Positions 28,114 through 36,584 of a stretch of 64,000 nt of DNA are shown one piece after another. The DNA is from an uncultured Nitrososphaeria archaeon. GTDB lineage: Archaea; Thermoproteota; Nitrososphaeria; JACIWG01. Positions within the stretch are counted from its first letter, which is position 1. Every line of letters begins with the position of its first letter. Made by a program: the position numbers and the translations under genes. The notes beneath the pieces are model-generated. The model saw nothing but the letters and a program-made list of their open reading frames with translations. It was not told the DNA's origin and ran no database searches. Location: contig CAYUWR010000011.1 in assembly GCA_964448685.1 (NCBI GenBank), positions 23,007-87,006 of the forward strand. The letters run 5' to 3'.

Positions 28114-30509
28114 CTTCTTCCAAACCTCCTATAAACCATCAAGAGCATTACAAGGGCGACTACGATAAGTATCCCTGCATAGATGATCCAGTTCGTTTCC
28201 TGGAGAACCTCGACCCTCAATGTGTAGGATTGAGGTTCAGTCTGATCAGACACAACCTTGAAGTCGATATAGTAGTTGCCGGCGTTGACATCTGACTGCG
28301 CCTTGACCGTTATATCGAATGTAGTGTCTTGGCCAGCCCCAAGAGAGGCTTGATAAGAGGGTTCGACAGTGACCGAGAAGCCGTCTGGAGCAGCCCCCAT
28401 TATAGCCTTCACGTTCGTTAGCTCTTGACTTCCAGAGTTACTTACGTACAGCGTGAACGCCCCTTGGCCGCCCACATAAAGTGATGTGTAGAAGTTCTGG
28501 TTTGTCACGGCCAACACACGCAAGCCGAGTATGTTGAGGGTTAGATCGACAGTCTTGTTCACTCTAGCATTTGTGAGCGAGACTGTGAAATTCTGAGCTC
28601 CAAGCTTCGCCCCCTTGGGTGTTGAAACGGCGACATATATCACATTCGTCTGACCTTTTTCAACATAAACCTTCGTGATCTCCTGCTTGGCAGAGTCCTC
28701 GAACCACCCCCTCAAGCCTGAAGGTAGGCCTTGGAGGGAGAGGTCAAGAAGCTCATCGTATCCACCAAGATTTGAAATGCTCAACTTGAATCGCCCATCG
28801 GAGCCCGCATACACGTCTACATAGGGTGGCTTCGCCTCCACCTTAACGTCAGCCGTCGACTTCTGCACAGAAAGAACAAGTGGTAACTCAGCAGACACAT
28901 TTGGAGACTTTGCTGAGAAGAGGATGGTATAGTCTCCCACGCTTACATCAGTCGGGGTGACAACAGAGACGACAAGGTCCACGAACCCGCCTCCTTCCAA
29001 TGTAACCTCCGACACCGCTTCGCCGCCAGCGTTCCTCGTGTACACCGACCAACCTTGCGGTGTGTGGACGGTTGAGATGGTAAATTGCTGCTCGACGTCG
29101 GCAGGGTTTTTCAACCTGACTTGAAACTGGGCCACATCACCTGGTCCTACAGACTTTCCAGGAAACTGGCAGGAGACCACTTTAGCCTCCGACGGCTGAA
29201 CCTTGACCGAGAATTGAAGAGAGGAGTTTGTCCTTCCTGCAGCTGTCAACGTCAAGTTTCTGTCGGCTACCGAGAACGGCACTGTGACCTCCAGCTGGAG
29301 GTTAAGGCTTGCGCCTGGAGAAAGGGTTACACCCAAGGTCTCTGTACCGGTTTGACCTAGAACCCTCGTCAGCCAACCTCCCGATCCGGTAACAAGGAAG
29401 TTTACAGCTTCCGTTTCTCCCCCCACAGCGTTGCTTATTGTAAATGGAATAAGCAACTTTGCCCCTGGATTTGCGATCAGGTTAAGAGCGGAAGAGTAAA
29501 TCTTCACAGACTTTGATAATGTCACCTGCCCAAGATCTAACGTTTCATCTTTCAAGAGAATATTCTTTGAAAGCTTTGTATACCCTTCCTTTATGAAGTC
29601 GACCGAGAAGGCTGCAGAGGCCGGTAGCTCGATTTCAAAGTCGCCGTTAGACGATGTGGCCACGCTTTTGATGAAGCCTCCTTCTGAAGAGTAGACGGCA
29701 ACATCCGCCCCACCTATTCCTTTACCATCTTCATCCACAACCTTTCCGAAGACGTACACTGTCGGTTGCGGTCTAGTCCACACCGTGAACGTTAGAGAAC
29801 AGTTGGATGTCCCAACAGCTGTCAGGGACAGGCTGAAGCTATTGTATGAAGGGGCTGTCGATGGAACTGCTACTTCGAGTTCAAGATTCAGGCTTTGCCC
29901 CGGCGACAAGTATTCTGCGGCGACCTCCCGATTCTGGTCCAGGATTCTAGCAGGCCAACCTTCAGGTTTCGTTATAAGAAAGCCTACGATTTCAGGATCT
30001 GCGCCTACATTTGCGACTGTGAACGAGATGCCCAGTGTATCCCCCACCTTTGCTATGAGGCCAAGAGAAGAGCTGGACAACTTCAGCGCCCTATTCAATG
30101 TTATGTTGCCGAGGTCCGTGTCAAGCCACTGCACTGAAACACTCTTCACAGTCTTAGCGTACGCCGTCTTGGTTACGTAAAGGTTGTATGTGCCATATGC
30201 AACCATGACGCTGAAGAAGCCGTCGGAGTTCGTGGATGTGGAGGCTACGAGAGCGCCATTCAACGTGAAGAACTGCACTTGCACATCGGACAAAACTCTA
30301 CTCTGCTCGTCCACCACCAGGCCGTGAACATATGCATACTGCTCTGCAAACGATATCGAGGAAAAAGACAGGCAGGAGACCAAGATCAGAAGACATACGG
30401 TTGCACTCGAAAGCAGCCTTGAAGACGAACTCCATCGTGTCCTATCATTTTCGTCCAAGAACATACTGTCGACACGTCGCATCATGCCCTTATCCCGCCT
30501 CTTTCCCAC
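28110..30509 (-). CDS. large cell-surface protein with tandem Ig-like/CARDB-like repeat domains, an N-terminal signal and a C-terminal TM anchor (COG1470-like, ABC-associated)
   Basis: Internal repeats (LSPGQSLNLELEVAVP... vs LSPGASLNLQLEVTVP...). Signal-like N-terminus. C-terminal WIIYAGILIVVALVMLLMVY followed by RRFGRR. 4-nt overlap with the ABC ATPase. Confidence 0.7.
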   Translation of the reverse strand: MGKRRDKGMMRRVDSMFLDENDRTRWSSSSRLLSSATVCLLILVSCLSFSSISFAEQYAYVHGLVVDEQSRVLSDVQVQFFTLNGALVASTSTNSDGFFSVMVAYGTYNLYVTKTAYAKTVKSVSVQWLDTDLGNITLNRALKLSSSSLGLIAKVGDTLGISFTVANVGADPEIVGFLITKPEGWPARILDQNREVAAEYLSPGQSLNLELEVAVPSTAPSYNSFSLSLTAVGTSNCSLTFTVWTRPQPTVYVFGKVVDEDGKGIGGADVAVYSSEGGFIKSVATSSNGDFEIELPASAAFSVDFIKEGYTKLSKNILLKDETLDLGQVTLSKSVKIYSSALNLIANPGAKLLIPFTISNAVGGETEAVNFLVTGSGGWLTRVLGQTGTETLGVTLSPGASLNLQLEVTVPFSVADRNLTLTAAGRTNSSLQFSVKVQPSEAKVVSCQFPGKSVGPGDVAQFQVRLKNPADVEQQFTISTVHTPQGWSVYTRNAGGEAVSEVTLEGGGFVDLVVSVVTPTDVSVGDYTILFSAKSPNVSAELPLVLSVQKSTADVKVEAKPPYVDVYAGSDGRFKLSISNLGGYDELLDLSLQGLPSGLRGWFEDSAKQEITKVYVEKGQTNVIYVAVSTPKGAKLGAQNFTVSLTNARVNKTVDLTLNILGLRVLAVTNQNFYTSLYVGGQGAFTLYVSNSGSQELTNVKAIMGAAPDGFSVTVEPSYQASLGAGQDTTFDITVKAQSDVNAGNYYIDFKVVSDQTEPQSYTLRVEVLQETNWIIYAGILIVVALVMLLMVYRRFGRR

Positions 30510-30840
30510 ACCATGTTGAGCATATCTGGAAAGGGAAGTTCAAAGATAGACCTAGCCCACCGTCCCAGAGCGTTTTCGAAAAGTGCAGCCAAGGCATCCA
30601 AAGCACCCATCCTCCCAAACATATGCTGATTTCAAGCGTCCCCCTTCGAGTTATAAAACACTTTTTCAGAATTAGACCCAATTTACACCAACTTATACCA
30701 AATAGAGCATCAGAGAAGAATACAGTCTGTCAAGAGATTTATGTCGCCAGCCTGACGACAAGTGACTTGAGATGGAATTAGAGTATACGATAACATAAAT
30801 AAATGTGGCCACAGGTAGAGTATTACGTATATCCTGAGCG

Positions 30841-31161
30841 ATGTGGATGTCCGCCAACCTAAACCCATTAAGGTATCTGCTTGGGTGGCTGATCACTGGC
30901 ACGAGAGGAGGTGTGACTCGCGCCAGGATAATCAGAGCCTTAAGGGAGAAGCCGCAGAACGCCAATCAGCTAGCCTCTTCGCTCAGGCTTGACTACAGAA
31001 CTATAAGACACCATCTTGAAGTCCTCCAAAAGAATCGACTGATCGTTTCAGCCGGCGATAGATATGGTGTCACATACTTCCTTTCTCCAGCGATGGAAGC
31101 CAACTATGCCCTATTTGAAGAGATTGTGGCTAAAATTTGGGAAAAGGAAAAAAAGGAGTGA
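30841..31161 (+). CDS. small winged-helix DNA-binding protein
   Basis: ARIIRALREKPQNANQLASSLRLDYRTIRHHLEVLQKNRLI is a wHTH pattern. Followed by a membrane-protein gene. Confidence 0.5.
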   Translation: MWMSANLNPLRYLLGWLITGTRGGVTRARIIRALREKPQNANQLASSLRLDYRTIRHHLEVLQKNRLIVSAGDRYGVTYFLSPAMEANYALFEEIVAKIWEKEKKE

Positions 31162-31179
31162 GACGATAGGTGGAATAGC

Positions 31180-31602
31180 ATGAACAGAAACGTGAAGATC
31201 TACCTGATACTGGCAATATTGGTAGCTGCAGCCTTGCTTGCAACGTTTTCGGCTAACATGAACTTTCCGGCATTCCCTGGACAACAGAGGCCGCCGAGGA
31301 CTGTTCCCGGGGACATTGAACTATACTATTCGGCTAGGACCGTTATTTCAACAGTCAATGTCACCCTCCTATTGATCCTGCTCGTCACATACGCCGACAT
31401 GTACTTGAAGACAAAATCCGAGTTCGTAATCGGGCTGATTATATTTTCGATGGTACTGCTTCTCAACGCCCTCACCTCCAACCCACTTGTGCATCAAATC
31501 TTCGGATTCTACGCCTTCGGGTTAGGCCCCTTTGCAATGTTGCCAGATCTGTTCACATTATCCGCGTTGATAGTCCTACTGTATCTGACATTCAGGTATT
31601 AA
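31180..31602 (+). CDS. membrane protein (4 TM)
   Basis: Hydrophobic helices. Operonic with the wHTH gene. Confidence 0.5.
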   Translation: MNRNVKIYLILAILVAAALLATFSANMNFPAFPGQQRPPRTVPGDIELYYSARTVISTVNVTLLLILLVTYADMYLKTKSEFVIGLIIFSMVLLLNALTSNPLVHQIFGFYAFGLGPFAMLPDLFTLSALIVLLYLTFRY

Positions 31603-31726
31603 AGAGGCTGATAGCCGATCGGACAGAGGTAGAGGACAGGCGAAAGCATCCTTTCCAATATCATAGGATTCGGTTGTCTCAAATATTTCTACAGTCAGAT
31701 CTTATGAAAGATTTAACTATCAGCTT

Positions 31727-32449
31727 GTGCAGGTTCTACTTATGGGCTTCAAATGGGTTGCCTTCGACGTTTATGCCACTTTGATTGATCGGGAACAGGG
31801 AGCAACGATAGCATTTGACAAAATAGCCAAGAGAAACGGTATCGGAGTCGACGGCTACATCTTGTTCGAAGAATGGCACAATGAAGTTATCAGAATCTAC
31901 AGAAGCAATATCGATTTCATAGGCTGGAAAGAGGCTGGAAGAGTCGCCATAGGAAAGCTCTTTAAAAGATTTAACGTAGAAGGCGAAATCGACGACATCA
32001 GCATCCTGTATGAGAGCTTCAAGGATTGGAGACCTTACGATGATGTCAAACCAGTACTGGAAGAGTTAAAGGAGCGTGGCTACAAGCTTGCAGTCGTCAC
32101 GAACATGGATACCGATCTGTTCTTCAAGACAAACATAGATGTAGACTTAGATTTGGTGGTGACTTCGGAAATGGCAAAGGCTTACAAGCCAAACCCTAAG
32201 ATATTTGAATATGCGATAGAGGAAATGAATTGCGGCAAGAGCGAGTTACTATTAGCAGGGACAAGCCCTTGGGCTGATATACAGGGCGCCAAGATTTCTG
32301 GATTAAAGATTGCTTGGATAAACAGAAAGAAGATGAGAGAAAGATGGATGAAGTTGAATGCCTGGGATCCAATACCAGATTACGAATTTGAAGATCTATA
32401 CGGACTGCTCAAGGTTCTACATAGAAGGGTGAATCAGCAGAGCACCTGA
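31727..32449 (+). CDS. HAD-superfamily hydrolase (haloacid dehalogenase-like)
   Basis: VAFDVYATLIDRE is motif I (DxYxT). Later VVTN and an AWINRK C-terminal cap. Confidence 0.75.
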   Translation: MQVLLMGFKWVAFDVYATLIDREQGATIAFDKIAKRNGIGVDGYILFEEWHNEVIRIYRSNIDFIGWKEAGRVAIGKLFKRFNVEGEIDDISILYESFKDWRPYDDVKPVLEELKERGYKLAVVTNMDTDLFFKTNIDVDLDLVVTSEMAKAYKPNPKIFEYAIEEMNCGKSELLLAGTSPWADIQGAKISGLKIAWINRKKMRERWMKLNAWDPIPDYEFEDLYGLLKVLHRRVNQQST

Positions 32450-32579
32450 CAGACAGTACGAAACTGATGAAGGCTTCACATGCCCTTCTTCATCTCATAA
32501 TCCCATTCTCTCTAACTTCAACAACTTTGCAGCCAGGCATGTTCTGAAGGCATAGGCCAATAGGGGTTTCAAGTGGGCT

Positions 32580-33824
32580 TCAGCCTTTCGGCCGTCTCAG
32601 TTCTTGTATGGCTTTCTCAATACGACCGACGAGTTCAGCCTTATATTCTATCGGAAATGTGCAGCTGGCCGCGAAGTCATGCCCGTCCGCGACTCCGCCG
32701 ATTTCTCTGGTTGACCTTTGCAAGAGATCGACGGCGGATGGCATTAAGTGCTGCATGATACTCGACTGCATATCTCTTGGAACCCTCATAGAGGCCTTCA
32801 CGAATCGTTCCTCGAGACTTCCCCAGCCTGGAACTTGTTGCGGTACATCCATGAACCCCAGAATATACTTGCTACTGTTTATCAGTCTGGCCTGATAAGA
32901 GAGGAAGGAGCAGAATGTTCCAATGACCTTCGTGCCCATGCCTTTGAATGCTTCACCTGAATCAAAGTATTGAACATGTTCGCTTTGTCTTAACCTTTCT
33001 TTGTATAGGTTCGCTATTAGTTTCTTGTTAGCCTTTTTGCGTTCTACTTCAAGCGCTTTAACTGTCTTCTTTACTTCCGAAGTCTGACCATACAGGCATA
33101 GTTCGATTCCGACTTCCGGGCCACCCTTATAATATCCCACAGAGCCGAGAATCTGCAGACTTGAGAAGATTTGGCTTATTCCAAGGCCTAGCTTGGTCGA
33201 CACAAATGAGCCACCTCTTTTTCTTATCACGTTTTTTTCCAAAGCTTCATTCTGGACCTGTAGAGTGAGGCTTGAAGGCTTTCCGGGTATCTCTAGACTT
33301 CCAACGAGAGCGAGATATGATAGGTCGAAGTTTCTTTCGTCAAGTTCTTTGGCGAACAGGTAACAGCATGTGGAGCTTGAGAAATCGGTTTCTCCTTTGA
33401 GGCCAGAATATTCGAGGTTTAGGTCGAAGATAGAGAGGTCCTCTGTTGGAGAGGGGTTGTGATGGTCCAGTATTACCGTCAAGTTTCGGCCCCCATTATA
33501 TTCAGATATCAAGTTGGCATGTGGAGAGCCTATGTCCACATAGAGTATCGCTCGCCTATCTTTGTGTAAGTTTCTCAGCACTTGAGGATAAAGTCTTTCC
33601 AGACAGAGCGTTTTGACCTTGAACCATTCTCTTTCAAGGGCAACTTTGATGAGTGCACTTGAGCTTATCCCGTCGGCGTCGTCGTGATGAACCAACAGCA
33701 CCTCTTTATGCTCCGACCTTAGCCTTGATATGGCCCGCAAAGCCTTCTCTTTGAAGCTCAGATCCATAGCTCGATTTTCGTCTGCCAAGCTTTTTACCTT
33801 TTCGATTTCCTCAGCTTCTGCCAC
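32580..33824 (-). CDS. DHH/DHHA1-family phosphoesterase (archaeal RecJ/HAN-like)
   Basis: LLVHHDDADGISS and ILDHHN DHH motifs. C-terminal GGGHDFAAS DHHA1 motif. Confidence 0.75.
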   Translation of the reverse strand: MAEAEEIEKVKSLADENRAMDLSFKEKALRAISRLRSEHKEVLLVHHDDADGISSSALIKVALEREWFKVKTLCLERLYPQVLRNLHKDRRAILYVDIGSPHANLISEYNGGRNLTVILDHHNPSPTEDLSIFDLNLEYSGLKGETDFSSSTCCYLFAKELDERNFDLSYLALVGSLEIPGKPSSLTLQVQNEALEKNVIRKRGGSFVSTKLGLGISQIFSSLQILGSVGYYKGGPEVGIELCLYGQTSEVKKTVKALEVERKKANKKLIANLYKERLRQSEHVQYFDSGEAFKGMGTKVIGTFCSFLSYQARLINSSKYILGFMDVPQQVPGWGSLEERFVKASMRVPRDMQSSIMQHLMPSAVDLLQRSTREIGGVADGHDFAASCTFPIEYKAELVGRIEKAIQELRRPKG

Positions 33825-33893
33825 AATTAGATCACAGACGGAAATCTTTAGAAATACTTAATTCCAAACAACCTCGTCCTAGTAAAGGGGAGA

Positions 33894-36584
33894 ATGGAGA
33901 CCACACAAGATTATCGATGGCACGCTCTCGAGTCAAAGGAAGTACTTCAAATTCTGGGGAGCAGCTTTGAAGGCTTGACTGAAGACGAGGTCTTGAAGAG
34001 GCTGGAAAGATATGGGAGAAACGAAATAAGAAGGGAGAAGAGAACACCATCTTGGCGGATCTTTATCGAGCAGTTCAAGAACATACTGATAATTCTCCTG
34101 CTGGCAGCCACCACCTTTTCCCTATTGATCGGGGAAGTCCTTGATGCCATCGTAATCTTCGCTATAGTCGTTGCATCAGCGGGCTTGGGCTTCATACAGG
34201 AATACCGTTCCGAGAAGGCCATACAACTATTGAAGAAGCTTGCGGCGCCCTCAGCTACAGTCGTAAGAGAGGGCCGAGAGAAGATTGTTCCATCCATCAA
34301 CATAGTGCCAGGAGACCTGGTCGTGCTACGCGCTGGAGACAGGATTCCAGCGGACGTTAGACTTATGGAAGTCTACAACTTGAAGGTTGACGAAGCACCT
34401 CTAACTGGAGAGTCTATTCCCGTCGAAAAGAGCGTCGAGAGAGTGCAAGATGACGCGATAGTTTCGGAAAGAACAAACATGGCGTTCAGTGGGACCGTAG
34501 CCACCTATGGGAGAGCGTTGGGTGTGGTGGTTGCAACAGGCATGAATACAGAATTTGGCAAGATAGCTAAGACGGTCCAAGAGGAGACGAGGACTGGGAC
34601 ACCACTTGAAAAGAGGATGAACGCGATCGGCAAGTGGCTTACCGTCTTCGCTCTAGCCGTCTGTGCACTTGTAGCTGTGCTTGGAATCTTCAGGGGAAAC
34701 GATCCAACTGAAATGGTCCTCTGGGGTGTCAGCTTGGCTGTGGCGGCGGTCCCTGAAGCACTTCCAGCTGTGGTAACAGGATCCCTTGCTATAGGAATGT
34801 ATGAGATGGCGAGAAGAAGGGCGATCGTGAGAAGGCTGCCTGCTGTTGAAACCCTTGGCAGCACCTCGATAATATGCTCGGATAAGACTGGAACCATGAC
34901 GAAGGGAGAGATGACTGTCAAGAAGATCTTCGTAGACGACAGATTCGTTGAGGTCGGCGGCGTCGGATATGAACCCAAAGGAGAATTCCTTGTCGACGGG
35001 AAAGCTATTGAGCCAAAAGACCTTGACACACTCTATAGGCTTCTTAAGGCTTCTGCTCTCTGTAACGATTCGAAGCTTTTCTATGACAACGCCAGATGGA
35101 ATGTGACAGGAGACACAACAGAGGGAGCCCTGCTCGTTGCCGCTGCAAAGGCGAACATCTTGGAAAATGAACTAGACAGGTACCCTAGGATAAAAGAGAT
35201 CCCTTTCACATCCGAAAGGAAGAGGATGACGACAGTCCATGCCACTTCAGAATCAGATAGGAAGCTTGTTATAATGAAGGGAGCGCCTGAAGTCGTCTTG
35301 GAGAAATGCAGCCATGTTTTGAAGGAGGGAAGAATAGTGGAACTTGGCCGGCAGGAGAGAGAGAAGATCCTGTCTGTGAATGGGATGATGGCTTCTGAGG
35401 CGCTGAGAAATCTGGCTATCGCCTACAGAGAGGAATTGGATGTGCCGGAAGAGCTTGAAGAAGGCTTTGAGAGAGACTTCATCTTCTTAGGGCTTGTCGG
35501 AATGATAGATCCTCCGAGAGAAGAGGTGAAGGAGGCGCTGAAGTTGTGCCGGGATGCGGGAATCAAGGTAGTCATGATAACCGGAGACCACAAGCTGACC
35601 GCGGTTTCAGTAGCCAAGGAACTGGGAATAGTGAACGGAGATGACACCATCGTCCTGACTGGAGCTGAGCTTGAGAAGATGTCGGATGAGGAATTCGATA
35701 GGGTTGTTGAAGATGTTAAAGTGTACGCGAGGGTATCGCCAGAGCACAAAATGAAGATAGTGAAGGCTCTTAAGAAAAGGGGATATGTTGTGGCTATGAC
35801 AGGCGACGGCATAAATGATGCTACAGCGCTCAAGATGGCCGACATCGGCATCTCGATGGGCATGACGGGAACAGAGGTTACAAAGGAGACATCTGACATG
35901 ATATTGGCTGATGACAACTTTTCGACGATCGTCAACGCTGTGAGGGAGGGGAGAAGAATCTTTGATAACATCAAGAAGTACCTGATATATCTGCTACAGT
36001 GTAATATAGCGGAGATCGCCGTAATGCTCATCGCGACCATGATAGCGCTGCCACTACCCTTGACAGCGGTCCAGATATTATGGGTAAACCTAACCACCGA
36101 CGGACTTCCGGCACTAGCACTCGGAGTAGATCCGGCGGAGTCGGATGTGATGAAAAGAAAGCCGAGACTTCTTAAGGCAAATATCGTGAACAGGAAAGAG
36201 TTCGCGATCTATTTTCTCATAGTCCCAATCATTTTGACGACAATAATACTTTCAAACTTCATGTTCACACTATCGAGCGAGTCGCTGGTGGAGGCCAGGA
36301 CAGAAGCATTAACCGTTATGATCGTCTGCGAGCTCGCCGTCGCCATATCCTGTCATTCTCTCAATCATCCGATTACGAAGGTGAATCCTTTCTCCAACAA
36401 GTTTCTCTGGCTCGCTGTTGCAGGTTCACTGGTGATGCAGCTTGCTGTACTGTATCTTCCATTCATGCACAGCCCGTTCGATATAACCTATCCATCTCAG
36501 CAGGACTGGATGCTTGCAGTCGGTTCAGCGGCAACCATCTTCTCAGTCGCAGAAGCCTTCAAACATCTCCTAAGAGGAAGATGA
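33894..36584 (+). CDS. P-type ATPase, type IIA-like (Ca2+/cation transporting)
   Basis: CSDKTGTMT phosphorylation site, MITGDHK, TGDGINDA, and 10 TM segments. Confidence 0.92.
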   Translation: METTQDYRWHALESKEVLQILGSSFEGLTEDEVLKRLERYGRNEIRREKRTPSWRIFIEQFKNILIILLLAATTFSLLIGEVLDAIVIFAIVVASAGLGFIQEYRSEKAIQLLKKLAAPSATVVREGREKIVPSINIVPGDLVVLRAGDRIPADVRLMEVYNLKVDEAPLTGESIPVEKSVERVQDDAIVSERTNMAFSGTVATYGRALGVVVATGMNTEFGKIAKTVQEETRTGTPLEKRMNAIGKWLTVFALAVCALVAVLGIFRGNDPTEMVLWGVSLAVAAVPEALPAVVTGSLAIGMYEMARRRAIVRRLPAVETLGSTSIICSDKTGTMTKGEMTVKKIFVDDRFVEVGGVGYEPKGEFLVDGKAIEPKDLDTLYRLLKASALCNDSKLFYDNARWNVTGDTTEGALLVAAAKANILENELDRYPRIKEIPFTSERKRMTTVHATSESDRKLVIMKGAPEVVLEKCSHVLKEGRIVELGRQEREKILSVNGMMASEALRNLAIAYREELDVPEELEEGFERDFIFLGLVGMIDPPREEVKEALKLCRDAGIKVVMITGDHKLTAVSVAKELGIVNGDDTIVLTGAELEKMSDEEFDRVVEDVKVYARVSPEHKMKIVKALKKRGYVVAMTGDGINDATALKMADIGISMGMTGTEVTKETSDMILADDNFSTIVNAVREGRRIFDNIKKYLIYLLQCNIAEIAVMLIATMIALPLPLTAVQILWVNLTTDGLPALALGVDPAESDVMKRKPRLLKANIVNRKEFAIYFLIVPIILTTIILSNFMFTLSSESLVEARTEALTVMIVCELAVAISCHSLNHPITKVNPFSNKFLWLAVAGSLVMQLAVLYLPFMHSPFDITYPSQQDWMLAVGSAATIFSVAEAFKHLLRGR

